This document shows positions 1-14,800 of a stretch of 64,000 nucleotides of DNA, in pieces; the first letter of the stretch is position 1, and every line of letters begins with the position of its first letter. Source of the DNA: the human T2T-CHM13v2.0 reference genome, Homo sapiens; the NCBI RefSeq assembly GCF_009914755.1, contig NC_060928.1, one strand, 5' to 3'. The notes under the pieces were generated by a model. The model saw only the letters and a program-made list of their open reading frames with translations. It was not told where the DNA came from and did not search any database. A program made the position numbers and the translations under genes.

Positions 1-149
1 AAACCGCTTATATCCACATCAGGCATTTGCTGTGTATATATTGTGAATAAATTAAAATAAAATTATAAGGTTAACTATATAGAGTTTAATGTTAATATAT
101 TCAAAATATATAATTCTGTAATTTATGTGTGCATACATTCCTTTTGCTA

Positions 150-590
150 GTAGGTGTTTTAGAGAGTTCAGGCCAGATTCTTTTCACTGGGCCACTGCCC
201 TCATCCCATAGGTACTTTGAATATGCTTCAAAGGGATTATGTCTCCAGAGAAATGCCACTGGGCTGAATATGCTTAGGAGACTACAACATCTCTCCACCC
301 ATAACAACAACGACTGACACACGTGGGGCACAGGTAGCAGAAAAGCCCAGCTCCTTTCTCTCAAAGCAGGGTATCATTGCTGAGCAAATCACAATGTGTA
401 CTTCAGGGCTCTCTCTCCCTGAAATGGATCAGGAACAAGTCTAAACTTTATGTGGGACCACATCATTGCTCAGCCCCTTCCCTTTCCCCATCCCGTGTAA
501 TTCTTCATGGGTTTTTCCTCCAGAGTCCTTCTGTAAGCTATAATGCACCTGAGTCTCTGTCTTAGGCTCTGCCTTTAAAGAACCTGTTTG
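150..590 (+). mobile_element. LTR16-like (ERVL) solo LTR, decayed
   Basis: Resembles the LTR16 3' half: pyrimidine tract ccccttccctttccccatcc, then ...gtcttaggctctgcctttaaagaacc. Boundaries approximate. Confidence 0.55.
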
Positions 591-1849
591 AGGACTCTTT
601 TGGATAATGTGCTACTATTATGTGCTTTTATGTTGAGAGTTTTGCTGAAAACCAAAACTTCCAAAGCCAGTGCTTCCGTCACCGTACTTTTGCAGTCCAA
701 GTGGACTGAAAGCAGGCAAATTTCATCAGGCTTGGTATCAGGTATATACTGACTGCTGTGTAATGGTCCCATCTAAGAAAGAATGTAAGAAAAAAAAATC
801 TAGGGTAGTTTATGAATAGTCATCAAAATCACATCTAAGTGTAAATTTTCACGCTCTCCTATACCAAGTATTTCTTTGCTAATAAAATGAAAATTTGGCC
901 CTTCAATCTGAATGGCCATTTTTTAAAAAGAATCTATATACATTATGAGTAAATGACACATGGTTTTGCCAAACTCTTAACTAGCACTACCTATCTAAAA
1001 TTGCTACATGCATACAAAATGGGCACTATTTGACTACAAATATCCTTTCAAGCAGATCTGATAAAATATTTTAACTATGGATATTTAGAAGCTTAGTCTT
1101 AGCCTAAGTAGTCATCATTTTTCCCTGATGATCCTTAGAATAAATCTATATACAAAAGTAATTTTTCAATTTCAGATTCAAATGTGCTAAATGTTATGAC
1201 AAAAATTTTAATTTTTATTGTTATTCTGAGAAGTCTGTTTACTTTCACAAATTTCAGACATTCTTTGTTGCGTCTCTTTCTCTCGTTGCACAACCTGGTA
1301 TTTCTGTGCATAGCTCTTACTGCACTGAAAATACTTATCTGATTCTGTTTGCAGAAATAAATGGTGGCTTAGTCTTTTGTACTCCCTTATTAAGCTGTGC
1401 CCAGTATTTGCTTCTCAAAACCGTACCCTAGCAGACCACCTGACTGTGGCATCCTTGTTTCTTAATGGACTCTACCTTAGAAACACAGTTACCATATCAG
1501 TAGCTTTACTGATCCTTTCTAGTCTTGTTGACCATTTCATTTAGATTAACCGATAGCCTTGAGGCCAATGTTAACCACCCTAACCATGACAAATCATCTG
1601 TCTCACTTGTCCCTTAGGTTTAAATATTCCCTCTGTGCATAATAGGAAGCACTATTTATTCTGTTATCACAGAGTTTTGAAGGGGAGACTATGTGCTTGG
1701 CAGCCAAAAACATCTTTCCCCATAGTCTTTTTATAATCTCTGCTTTCCCACAACTGTACAAAAAGAAGAGAAAAAGTAAATTTGAGCATCATTCAAACTG
1801 ATGAACTGCTAGAAAATTTAGCTTACATTTAAGTACATATTTAAAAGAA

Positions 1850-2350
1850 ATTTTCAATTACTATAGGATCTGCTATGTGCTAGACACTAGGATAGGCACA
1901 GAAATATAAGACTATACATCACGATATTACTATCTTTAAGAGTTTAAATAGGAACATCCATATTAATAATATTTATAAAATAATGAGTCATGTTTAGTAC
2001 AGGTAGGAAGAGCTATATAAAGAGGATGTCCCAATACTGACAAGGAATTTGGAGATAGCTTCACTAAGGAAGTAGTATAAATTGAGCCTTGAAAAACAAG
2101 AATTTTTTTATCAAATAGATAAAATAATGAGGATAAAATAATCAAATTAATGATTCACATGGTCAAAGGCACAGAAGAATAGTAGAACATAGCTTGGTTA
2201 AATATTAGGAGTCTGCAATGCATGGGCATATAGTAAGAAATCAGGAAGGTAATTTGGCAAGATGAAACTGGAAAGGTAGATTTATTTGTAATTATTCTTA
2301 ATGAATCAATAATAGCTTTGGACTTATTTTTAGGATTTAATGTTAGGCAA
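1850..2350 (-). mobile_element. L2 fragment, decayed
   Basis: ctgctatgtgctagacactaggata and ttgagccttgaaaaacaag resemble the antisense L2 3' region. Confidence 0.5.
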
Positions 2351-2457
2351 CTTTTGTTCAAATGGGCAAAGTCAGAAAACAGCAAAATATCTATGAGTCA
2401 CATTTTTAAGATTCAAACTGAACAAAGCTTTGAGTCCTATAGGAGAGTGACTACATG

Positions 2458-2460
<3 letters not shown>

Positions 2461-2493
<33 letters not shown>
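2461..2493. repeat. (TG)n microsatellite
   Basis: About 16 perfect TG units, seen directly. Confidence 0.97.
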
Positions 2494-2495
<2 letters not shown>

Positions 2496-3177
2496 CCTTG
2501 CAAGCTATGTTATTTATTTTACTGAATACGAGAATACCAGTAAGATAATTAGAATTCTATTTTAGTCACTAAAAGGTTAATATGTGGGAACATTTGTGAC
2601 TTAGCAGTACCAAACAGCTTTCTAGTGCTTAATATTTTACCTTTGTATAGTGCTTTAAAACACAACGCGTATCCTCGTGCATTAGTTCACCCCTTTCTCA
2701 AAGCCACTCCAAGAAATAGGTATTACAATCATCTTTATCTAACAGAAAAAGTCAGACTCAGAGAAGTGAAGTGCCTTATCCAAAATAATACAATGTTTTA
2801 ATAGCAGAATACATGTGTGTCAACAACAACACAGAGCATTGAGAAATCCATGAGACATAGCCCATTGCATTCAGCCAACCTGCCTCCTGTCCCCATAGTT
2901 AAAATAATCTTTATCTTCAAGGCCCATAAAAGTCACATCTTAACCATGGGCACTTTTCAATTATTAACGCAGAGCAGCACCATCCTCACTCATACCCTAG
3001 TGTGCTACACTGCACTACCCTGGAGAGATATGAGCACCACCATCTTGAGATGAAGCCCTAGTTATGTTGAAGTGCAGTTCTGCTCCTCCCTTGAGGCAAT
3101 TCCTCCTCCAATGCCCAGCATCCAATGCCCAACACCACTGCCTTAATCACTGGGAAAGATGTTCTTGCTTTGGAATA

Positions 3178-3180
<3 letters not shown>

Positions 3181-3226
<46 letters not shown>
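3181..3226. repeat. (TG)n microsatellite
   Basis: About 23 perfect TG units, seen directly. Confidence 0.97.
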
Positions 3227-3227
<1 letters not shown>

Positions 3228-4476
3228 TGTTTTAAGACTCTTTTTGATTCCAAGGTATATGTTTTCTGTGAAGCCCTTCTTTCCTTATTCCTGTGCCTTG
3301 GACAAGCTAGGAGAATAGGTGGGCTGCATGTAGTCTGCAAGGATGGTTGTCTGAATCCTTATAGGCAATGTAAGGATATTGAAAGTCCTGCATTTCTGTT
3401 TTAGGAAGATAACTCTGGTGGTTGTTATCTTTTCTGCCTCAGAATCTCGCTCACTAAAAATAAAAATCTCAAAGGTTTAATTTCTTGATTTCGGGCATGG
3501 TCCAGTACATATTTGAAGGTGGCACCTCTTAGAAAATATTTCTCCTTTAAATATGTAAATGTAACCTGAGAGACAAATTCTCCTGGGGGATCCTATCTCC
3601 CTTCTTTCTCTTCTTTTGGTCTGCATGTTGTGGTGGCTTCAGAAGCCCATTGCAATCAAACAATAAAGATTTGAAGTAAGTTTAGTGCCATTTAGATGAA
3701 AGAATAAAAGAGATGTATTAACTTATATGGTTGAAACATAAGTTGTTTGTGAATGAAATCTATAGAGAAAAATGGGAATAGGGAGTAGACCGTAAAGAAT
3801 TACATGAAGAAAGATGTTGACAGAAACGAAATAAAACTGTTTCAGAATTGATATTAACTGGGTGATTCGGGTATTAATTAGGCAATTTGGATATTAATTA
3901 GATAATTTGTTACTTTCGCAGAGTTTTACGAACTAGAAATGAACCTGCAAGGGTGGTGGTATGTGTGTGCAAGTAAAATCCTGGGAATGGTGCCAAATTG
4001 AAGTTCTTGGAAAATTGAAGTCCTTAATTTTCCTGGATAACAGGTTCAGTAGTATTAGCAGAAGCTTCAGCAGTAACATCAATGCATTATATTTAGGATG
4101 ACCCGATGCAAACATCCTCAAGGCTGGAATGCTTGTTCTGTCCTTCATATTGAAGGGAGAGTCATTTGTTATTGCTTCAAGGAAAGCCTACTTAAAAAAA
4201 AAATCCCTGCTAACGGAGATTTATCATTTCCATGGATTACTACAATTTGAGAAGATCACTGGAATTAGAGTCAGTCAAATGTATAAGGGCCAAGAATCCT
4301 CAGAAGTGCATTTTAGCACCATTTATTCAATTTGGTTGACATTGGCTGACAAAATGATGAGCTAGTATTTTCCAGAACAGAGATTCAAGAATTATTGTTT
4401 TTCTCTCTAGAAACCAAATTGAAAAAAAGTAGAATCTAGTATAAACTATGAAACTATATAGCTCAGTTTACTCCAC

Positions 4477-4478
<2 letters not shown>

Positions 4479-4509
<31 letters not shown>

Positions 4510-4790
4510 AGATGGAGTCTTTCTCTGTAACCCAGGCTGGAGTGCAGTGGCGCGATATCGGCTCACTGCAAGCTCCACCTCCTGGGTTCACACCATTTTC
4601 TGCCTCAGCCTCCGGAGTAGCTGGGACTACAGGCGCCCGCCACCACGCCTGGCTAATTTTTTTGTATTTTTAGTGGAGACGAGGTTTACACCATGTTAGC
4701 CAGGATGGTCTCGATCTCCTGACGTCGTGATCCGCTCGTCTCGGCCTCCCAAAGTGCTGGGATTACAGGCGTGAGCCACCGCGCCTGGCC
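4479..4790 (-). mobile_element. Full-length AluY
   Basis: Dimeric Alu with AluY-type gcaagctcc and gttagccaggatgg, many CpGs retained, and a ~30-T tail. TSD tactccact(a/c)tt at 4469-4480 and 4791-4802. Confidence 0.95.
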
Positions 4791-7057
4791 TACTCCACTC
4801 TTCAAAAAATTAAGATTTAGCATGTTAATTAAACAACTGACTATCTAAAATATTAGTTCTGTGAGAGTAAGAAAGGTGTCGTGTATATTGCTCTGTCCCT
4901 AATGTTTACAACCTTCTTTATACATAGCAGACTATCAATCAATATTGGTGAATAAATAAATGATGCATGCCATAGAGTTATAACTACCTACTGTTGTAGC
5001 CCCTTACCACTATTAAAAGTGTTTAAAGTTATGAAGTTAAATCACTGCGATTGAAAATATTAAACGTGAAAGATTACCAATTAATGTGGACAAGGAAAAA
5101 TAATGCTTCCCTTTTCTAATCAACTCCCTCAGTCCCTTAAGTACCATTGAGGTGGCTTTAGTTGAGTTTGGATGTGTAAAGGTTGCCTGTTTGCCACTTG
5201 CCAGCAGATGGCCTAATTCTTCCATCATTCACTAAGTATTGGAACTATTCTTTATAAAGAAAAGCAGTTGGTGAGAAATAACTTTCCTCTTGATTTTTTT
5301 TTTATTTTTAGCAGAGACAACATTTTAGTATATTTCCCATTATTTTTCATTGGATTAAATAATTGATTAGATATGCTAATTTTAACATAGCCTATTCAAT
5401 AAGGAATCAATTCCTAATCAATAAGGAAAGAGTACACTTTTTTTTTAATATATGCCAAATCATCTAGGACGATCTATAGAGGTGACATACTAATATCATT
5501 GCCTTGGGGATAAATTGATTCATCAGCATCTATGAGTAAATGAGACTCTTTATGTTCCTCTAGACAGTCCTTACAAGTCATTTAAAATATTGTTCACATA
5601 TAGATGACTTTATAAATTTTTCTGAAATTCAGTGAAAAGAACTGTGATGTTCACTCATTTTACCTGTAACAAATTTGCTCATGTTTCTGAGGTTATTTAC
5701 AAATTTATAACTTAACTGTAAGGGAAAAGCATTTTTTCATTTGTAATACATACCAAATTCATTATTTATGAGTAAATATGAAAGAGATAATATGTAAAAA
5801 ATAAGAGAAAGAGCAAGAGGTGGAGGGAGGAATTATTAATTAATTTAATTAAGTATACTCTTTTTGATATTCTACTTTATTAACTCTACTAATGTAAAAA
5901 TATATCATTCCATTATTTACTTTCTTTTGAATCTTGTCTACCTCTTTAGGGGCATTAAATATTCAATTGTTGTGTGCTATTTAAATGTCAGCACTATAAG
6001 AATGGGGCTACATCTGTCTCATTTATTACTGTTTACATATTGACCACCTGCAACAGTGCCTGGCATATGGAAATAATTCATTTAATATTTATGGACTGCA
6101 TCAATTTTATTTTGAGCACCTTTTCTAAGGTAAACCATTAGGAAAGAACAATGAAATGTGGCATAATGATAGGGCATCTTAATCTTAGGCTGTTCAGAAA
6201 TTAAAATAATCTAGCCAGTTATTTATCGAAAACTTGCTCCATCATACCTGTTTGTATCTTGAAACACATAGCTCCCTCTTTTTGATGTATTACTTGTTGC
6301 AAAAGTTACCCAGTAAATAAAGATTCTTCTTGAGGGAAATCAGTGATCTGTCCCCCATCCTAAGATGTCATCACAAAAAATTGAAATGAAAATAGAAAGA
6401 AATTCCAGAAATAGCATCAACAATGCTATGCTTGTGCACTCTGAAAATTAGGAACTGGGTTCATGGTGCTTGGTTTATTTATTATAATTAATAAGTATTT
6501 TAAGTCCTTTTAGGAATACTAACTATTACATCCTAAAATGTTTTTCAAAAGAAAATGGAAAGGCTATAAAAAGGCATTTTAACCATTTTTATCCCTGATA
6601 CTCCATTTCCTTTCATTTGTGGCTTACCCAGGATTTTGAAAGAAGAAAAGTAGGCTCTTCTGTTCCCATCATGGCAACTGTCTGATTAGCCTTTTAAATG
6701 CATTTGATATTGTACAGATATTGCTTCAGTATTTAGAGAAGAAAGACACTTTTGTCTCCCAGTGGAACTGTGATTGCTTTCTTCTTTGACAGTTTACAAT
6801 ATTGTTTTGTCTTTTGTTAAGCAAATCATTGGAAAATTATTTTTTGTGAAACATGAATGTGGTATTTAAGATTTATGATTGTGTCAGTTTTAATCCATAT
6901 TTTAAAAATAAAACCCTCAGGAAAAGAGTATACCCTCACTAAATACATACCACAACTGATTTACTGACATAAATATATATTTGTAGTTAAAAATAATAAT
7001 GTTTAAACATAAATTTAAAAACCTAGATCTTTCAATAGAGAGTTCAAAATCCTAGAA

Positions 7058-7662
7058 AATTCACAATAGCCTAAATATGGCATCAACCTAAATATCCATC
7101 AGTGGATATATCAATAATAAAAATGTGGTATATGTACCCAATGGAATACTATTTAGCAATAAAAAGGAATGACATCCTGTCATTCACAACAACACGGATG
7201 AGCCTGGAGGACATTTATGAGTGAAATATGCCAGGCATAGAAAGATAAATACCACAGGTTCTCCCTCATATGTGGAGGCTAAAAAAAATTGAGCTCATAG
7301 AAATGGAGAGTAAAGTTCTGGTTATTAGAGGCTGCGAAGGGTGGGAAAGAGGAGAGGCTAAAGAGGGGTTGGTTAGCTAATGCAAAGTTAGGGTTAGATG
7401 GATGGGGTAAGTTATATTGTTCTGCAGCACTGTAGGATGGATATGGTTCACACTAATTTAGTATGGACTTTCAAAAAGCTAGAAGGGAGGATTTTGAATG
7501 TTCACAACAAAAAGAAATCATAAATATTCACGGTGGTAGATATGCTAATTAGCCAGATTTGATCATTACACTTTGTATACATGGACGGAAATGTCACTCT
7601 GTACCCCTTAAATATGTACAATTATTACTTGTCAACTACAAATAAAAGGAAATAAATAAATA
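7058..7662 (+). mobile_element. Old L1 3' end (L1MA-type)
   Basis: ORF2 C-terminal remnant (ttcacaatagcc..., atggaatactatttagcaataaaaagg), L1MA-like 3' UTR and an A-rich tail. Confidence 0.85.
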
Positions 7663-8402
7663 AGCAGGGGATGGGAGACAATCTCAGAAGATTCTGGAAG
7701 GATGTTTGGTGCTGTAAAGTTGATTTTTAAGGATAACATGAAAGTTATAACTCAACTTCAGAGTTCTATCTCCCTTATCCAATACTTTCAGTGTGTAAAA
7801 AATAAAAGATGTCTGCACAAGCTTATTTACTTTAAAAATGTTTTTAGGAAGTTTCTCAAATGTGCCCAAGAGACTTTGGATATTAGTATCGGTAAACAGA
7901 AAAATGTTAACACTTTTATATTCTTAATGCATAGATGATTGTTGCTTTCAAGATTTTGCTTATATTTTGGGTAATTAACAAATTTATGCTACATTCCTTA
8001 CTATCAACAAAGGAATTTATTTATATTCTTCACAATGTATCATTATTTTATCTAAATTTTCTGATTTTAAAAATAATTCAAAAAAGCATGCAGTAAGCAA
8101 CACCTGGAATTTGAACTCTGCTAAGTAACAATAAAATCATGATTCGAATCATTTCTTTTTTTATATAAAAAGGATATTTAGATTGTAAATTTCATGTTGT
8201 GCCCTTTTCTTATTGATTGGTTGGTTGATTCAGGGACAGAGATATTATTAGAGGTAAGCATTATTTGAGACAAAATGATGAACAAAAACAGATTAAAATC
8301 TCTGCCCTTAACAATTTACATTGTAGTGGCAAATAACAACATATGTAATTAAATAGATATTACGTTACAAAATGGTAAGCAAGAAAGGGAAAAAAGAAAT
8401 AT

Positions 8403-8590
8403 ATCCTGGCTGTATTGTTTACCAGCTAGGTGACTTTAGTCAAGAAACTTTCTCTAATGCCCAATTTTCTGCGTTTAAAATGGGCCTAATGCTTACTACA
8501 AATGGATGTCATAAAAAGTAAATGAGATAGTAAATATCAACCGCTTGACTAAGTGCTTGGTATATAGTTACATCTCAATTAAAATCATAA
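8403..8590 (+). mobile_element. MIR
   Basis: MIR core-like accagctaggtgactttagtcaag...aaaatggg...aaatgagata...aagtgcttggtatatagt. Confidence 0.7.
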
Positions 8591-9447
8591 TAAGTCATTT
8601 TAATTAGCAGTATCTAAAAACTTTCATTTAATTGGGGAGCAACAATATGAATTTTCAAACAGTGATTGATAGAGATGGATAGATAGGGAGTGTTAAAGGA
8701 GAAAAAGAAGTAAGGAATAATGTTATTTAGATGGATTCATGGATGTTATGGGTTTTAAACTGGATTTTACACAATTTTGGGGGGATGACTTGTTTTTTAA
8801 AAAATCATGGGTGAAGGGGAATTATATACATGAAAGGGTGGTGTGAGCACAGGTTTTCTTAAAAAAAATATGAAATACATACCATGGGAAAGAACAGTTA
8901 GGTGACATTCAGTACTAGGCCCTAGACCGATTCTTGATATTTTTTGCTGATAGAAAAAGGCACTTTCACTAAACAAGTGTTTTACCCCAAAAGATGTTAA
9001 AACAGAAATTGGTAACAGAGATATGCTAATTAGAAAAAAAAAACCTGAAAGACAAAGGCTGTGATAAAGCAAACATCTCTCTGTACACCGGAAGAGGAAT
9101 CAATGTTAGGGTTACCAGAGAAGGCTGAATTCGCAAATCCCAGTAGACCTGGGATATCTCTACTCCAGTTAACTAGGACACGGACAGAAACTCTTCTCGA
9201 ATTCCTGAGAGCAGTTCAACAAGGGCAATATTAGCCTTCAGTAGAGGAAGGTGACTACTGTATTCAGAAAGTCACAAAAACAGGGAGTCTACTTAAACAG
9301 TAAATAAAAACATTGTGTAATAAAGCTCAGTTTTAAGAAGAGTAGCACAGAGAATGCAAGGTAAAGAATGGAGGAGCAGAATGAGAATGAGGCAAAGGTG
9401 GGAATTCAGAAATAAGGCTAGTTTATTTTTCATAATTGGAGACTTGA

Positions 9448-9778
<331 letters not shown>

Positions 9779-11178
9779 TGTTTCTGAGAATTATTTAAGG
9801 GGGATTTGATCTGTTTTTCTAGAATATTTCTGAGGAGATAAGCCATTAGGTTGAGAGCCAGTGGTTCTCGCTGTGAAAAGGAAGGAAGAAGAGGCAGAGA
9901 AAATATTGGAATAACAAAAAGCTTTTGGACAGCAGAAAGAAAATGCAGTGAAAGGGTACATTCTCAGGCTAATTGAATATGTGAGGGTAACTAATTCAAA
10001 GAATAGACTTCCTAAATGAATAAGCTGGCCTACTAATTTTACAATCTCTACTTTATTCTCTACAAATTATAAAAGAGGACAACAGGCAAACCATAAGCCA
10101 TTTTTGTCATCGCTCTTCCATATTCACAAATGTCTGCTTTTCATCTTTAGAGGACATCCATTGAGTGGCATCAGAGATCCATGGAATAAAAAACAAATTT
10201 TGTCTTAAAATATTAGAATATAATACTTCTATTATATTCTAAAATGTCAATAGTTTTTTTTAGTCTAGGAAGAGGATATAAAATTTAAGTGTTTTAGACA
10301 ATACATTTTTTAGGATATTTCGTGGCATTAATTATCTACAATCTATGATAAATGAATACGAGAAATACTGTTAGATACCTGTGGCCAAAGCCACTATCTT
10401 ATCCCTTGTCAAAGATATATACATTCATCTTTGATAATTAATTAAGGAATAAAGCAGTTTTAGTGTTTATGTAATTTGAAATTTTCTTAATGTAGGGATT
10501 TTTAAATACACCATAAATAGACATAGTTTGAATCAACCATTAGGTATTTGTTGAAAACTACTTTGGCTAGCATTAGGGGGAAACACAAAAAACAAAAAGC
10601 ACAATAAGGTTAGGTTTTTGCCCTTGGGAATCTTAAAGCCTCTTGAGGAAAAAGACATATCACAGATACATGTGTGTGATATGAAAAACAATATACAATG
10701 TAATGTTATAGGGGTCCAAAAAAGTGAATGACTAACTTCACAGAAAAGAAGTATTCTTTAAACACAAAAATTTATAAACACACATATATAAATGTGTATA
10801 TCTTAATTTCTATTTTGTTGCCTTTTGCTTCTGGAACTTCACCTCACTATTCTAAATTAAGAGCAACAGACATGAAGTGTCAGGCATCAGAGGATACAGG
10901 GAGTGACAAGAAGAGAAAGCCCTGAACCATACCCATACATAGACACAAGCTCACACACATGCACACAAACATAATAAAGAATACCCACTAAATATAAATG
11001 GTTAATAGATACCAGAATACTTAAATATGTGTGCACTTCAAAGCACTCTTACATTACATTATTGCAAAAAATAAAAAACATACATGCACACACACAATCA
11101 TACATACAACACATGGAGAAATTGAATATATAAACAGACAATGGCCAAATCATATATAAAAGTGGAGCTTTGAGTAGT

Positions 11179-11332
11179 TGGGCACTGTGAGCACGGCTGT
11201 CCCAGCTACTCTGGAGGTGGGCACCTGCTGTCCCAGCTACTCTGGAGGCTGAGACAGGAGCACTAAGTGAGCCCTGGAGTTTGAGTGAGGCTTGGGCAAC
11301 ATAGCAAGACCCCGTCTCTAAAAAAATAAAAA
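11179..11332 (+). mobile_element. Alu monomer (FLAM-like) with internal duplication
   Basis: cccagctactctggaggctgag...gggcaacatagcaagaccccgtctctaaaaaa. The segment gctgtcccagctactctggagg occurs twice. Confidence 0.8.
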
Positions 11333-11339
11333 TGAAATT

Positions 11340-11830
11340 GAGACCAATAACCTGCAGCAAACTGCTTAGGAAACTAACCTTTTATTCACAATAAACAAAC
11401 CAGGAAACCAACCTGTTATAGGTCAGACTTGCAGGAATCTTGATTGTTCTCTCTGGTGACAATCCAAAAAGCTAAACAATAACTTCTGTAACAATCAGCT
11501 CAAATTGTCCAAGGCTTGATTAATAACTGACAGCTTCCCTAATTTTTGTCCCCAACTTCAACTTGGGGCCAGTCAGAGAAAGCCAAATATGTACTCCTAA
11601 CCAATTACATAGGAGTCTCTGGATCTAGTTATCCTGTCTACAGTTTCCCCAGATCAACAGCCTCCAATCAGGATATACCCAAAGACTTTTTTCTTTTCCA
11701 CTATAAAGCTTTCCCACTCCTCTGTCTGCCTTTGAGTGCCTGCCAAAATGAGAGTGACAGTGGCAGACTCCCTTGCTATAGCAAGTAAAGAATAAATAGC
11801 CTTTCCTTTTCTCATTTCGTTGGTTTTCAT
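11340..11830 (+). mobile_element. MER34-like ERV1 LTR
   Basis: ttgattaataactgacagcttccctaatttttgtccc...gagaaagccaaatatg...ctaaccaat matches recalled MER34. TATAAA at ~11702 and AATAAA at ~11791. Confidence 0.75.
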
Positions 11831-14800
11831 TTCTTCCCACAACACATTCACACACACATGCAAACTATGCAATATATGGTGTAAGTGCTCAGACACTCAA
11901 ATTAAACTAGTATATATTCATTTGATGTTTATGCTTATTACGTTTGCAAATACTCTGTATAATTTAGAAGAAATACACATAAATTTATACAGAATTTATT
12001 TCATTAAATTACATATAAATTTCATGTTAATTACATATATGTATTATGCTACAAAAAGCAACATATGGGGTGTTAGTCTATCAAAAGTAATATTACATTC
12101 TTTGCCCAAAATATTTAGTTAGCATTTCTCAAGATACCAAACACACATACACACATACACATACACGCAGACACAAATTCTTGAAAGTTTTTCTCTTCCT
12201 TATTAAACCTCAGCCATTTGCCCTAGTCTTTCGCATTCACTAGGCCTCAACAAAGGCACTAAGTGCTTTCCAGAACATAGATTTAAATGAGGTCCCTGCC
12301 TAGAGGGCTTACAACCTAATTAGACAGAGACAGTTGACCAACATATGCCCACAGACTACAGTTGGCCACTTATTTATTCTCTAATTAACATAAAGCAGCA
12401 GGACAACAACTCTGCCTGTGCTCATTGAGCAGAGAACGTCTGTGTATGCTGTGGAACTCTGTGGGAAATGAGACTGCTGCTTTCTGTGGGGGTTTTCAGC
12501 ACACATTCTCTCATTTCTTGCTTGTCTTCATAATTAATATTCCCGTGCATATCTTGCTGAGACTATATATGGCCAAGCAAACAGACCCTCATGGCACAGC
12601 ACAACCGTTTACCTCAGCTGTCTTGATGATCAATACAGGCCACTAGATGGTTGATTTGATTGTTACATAGGAAACTCTATTGATATGACAGGCCACAGTA
12701 AACCAAAATAGTTTTACTATGCTTTAATTTAGCAGTTTCAGCCACACAAGAAAAGTTTTCACCTCATAGTGCTAGATTGTGAAGGTCTGGCGGCTTGTTT
12801 TTGCCTTTCCACTATCCTTCCTAAATACTACTGCAAGCTCTTTCCTGTTGGAAATTTTTCTCCATCTAGGCGTTTTCAAATCATTCTCAGAAGCATTTGA
12901 AGTGACATAAAACACAAACAGTGCCACACTACCTTAAAAAAATTAAGTATGTGAGTATATTATGATGTGAGGAATATAAGTACAGGAACAGATAAGGTTT
13001 GAGAAAAAGTTGGTACCTGAAATGCATGTGGAGAGCTTACAAGTATTTACTAGACAAAGTCCCACCGTGAGAATGGTGAATGATTTTACTACTTGTTAAC
13101 TGTTGACTCAGAGAGAAGAATGCAAACAAGAAAATAATATATATATTTCTAACTCCAGGAATAGAGCCAATGTGAAAAGGGATAAAGTGAATTTGTTTTT
13201 TAGTTCTAGATATTAAGTATTGCAAATTACTACCATCTAGTGCCTCCTTTAAAATTCTATGTAATGCTCTTGACCTGTGTAGTAACACTAGTTTATATCT
13301 TCTAGGAATAAGAGCCATGAGTTTTTCATCCTGTGGTTTTTAATTTGCTATTAGAAAGAGTGGTATGCTTCTTTTTTCCTTTTTGATATTGTTTCTCCCA
13401 CTATTCTATATTATTTCTTAAAAAATAGTATAGGCATTGAAGAACATGATTTCTTATATTATTCTTTCTTTGTTAAATTTTAATATATTGAAACTCACAC
13501 ACAATTGCCATTGGACAATTACTCCACATCATTGCATTAAGTGTTTCTCAAATGAACTTGAAAATAATACAGTAGATAATTGAACAGTAAGCTCCTACAG
13601 CAGAAATTTTAGACTTATATACAAATATATTTTTCTATAAATTATAAATTTGTGGACTTACTGCTTAGTTGCTGAACTAAAGAAATATAGGCAGTCTCAT
13701 TCAAAGTGTAGTTTAAGGAAGCTTTCAGAGCCAATGATATAAAGAAGGGCCTGCCTTCACAAGACAAGTGAACAGAAGGCCTGTGTCAAAATATAAAAAT
13801 CTTTCTAACTCTCTATACAGTATAGCTTTTATTATAATTCCTTCTAAATACAGACCCAGAAACATTAGCATTATTGTTTTTACATGATAAGTTGAAGTGA
13901 TATTATCAGACTAGCCACATTTCAGAATCTAGGTATTTTAGTAAATGTCTTTGATCTCAAACACTTTGCACTTTAGAAATAAATGGTCATTTTAGTCTGT
14001 TTGAATCAGATTGTTGGTTTCAATTTTTTCTTTCTCTATGCACCTGTGAACATGCTCACTACAGTGAAAATAAAATCCAAATTGAGACACATATCCAAAG
14101 TTAATGGAGTTTCACTTATTTCTTTACATCTGGAAATTGAAGCCATTTAGTTTTTGTTTGCTTTTATTCTTTTTCCCCTCTCTTCTCTCCCATCTTCCAT
14201 TTCCATCATGGAAATTCCATGCAGCAAAACATGAAATTCCATCTGAGTTGATCTAACCTCAGGGCCTCCTCCAAGCTTGCTGGAGAATCAGTGCTCTGTC
14301 ACCTCTGAGAATAGAATTTATTTTGGATTCTTGTATTACCTGCCTCTGGTAGTTGGACACTTGTTTGCTAACTGACTGACTTATTTTAACTTAAATATGA
14401 TATAATTGTCCTTTATTGCAGGTTTGACTTTAGTACTTTTCAAATCATGACTAAATTGATATAGGTCAAGATATAGTGCACCATTCCCACTGAGTGAAGT
14501 ACTTAACTCAAAATTTCGTGTAAAACTTATGAATCAAAGCTAGGAAATGCAGTTTAAAAAGAAATGGTAACAACTCGATTCTTAATATTCAGGTTCTAAA
14601 ATTTTGTCATTTATCCAAAAACATGTCCTTAAGAAATAGTTATTTGCACATAATTGTAACTATCAGCAAATCAGCACAATAAAAATATAATAGTTTTGTC
14701 AGCATCTGTAAGATTTAGTTGTTTGGACAGTACTTAATAAATAGAACTAGTATTTCTGGGTGCCTGCCAGTTGACCATCTGTCTAGGTTGTCCATGGAGA

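Noticed and set aside
1380-1620. Possible antisense CR1 fragment (also ~43200-43650)
   Set aside because: Too decayed to support by eye.
3064-3404. CVCVCV / HTHTHT ORFs (also 2318-2548 and 62788-63150)
   Set aside because: They are translations of (TG)n/(CA)n microsatellites.
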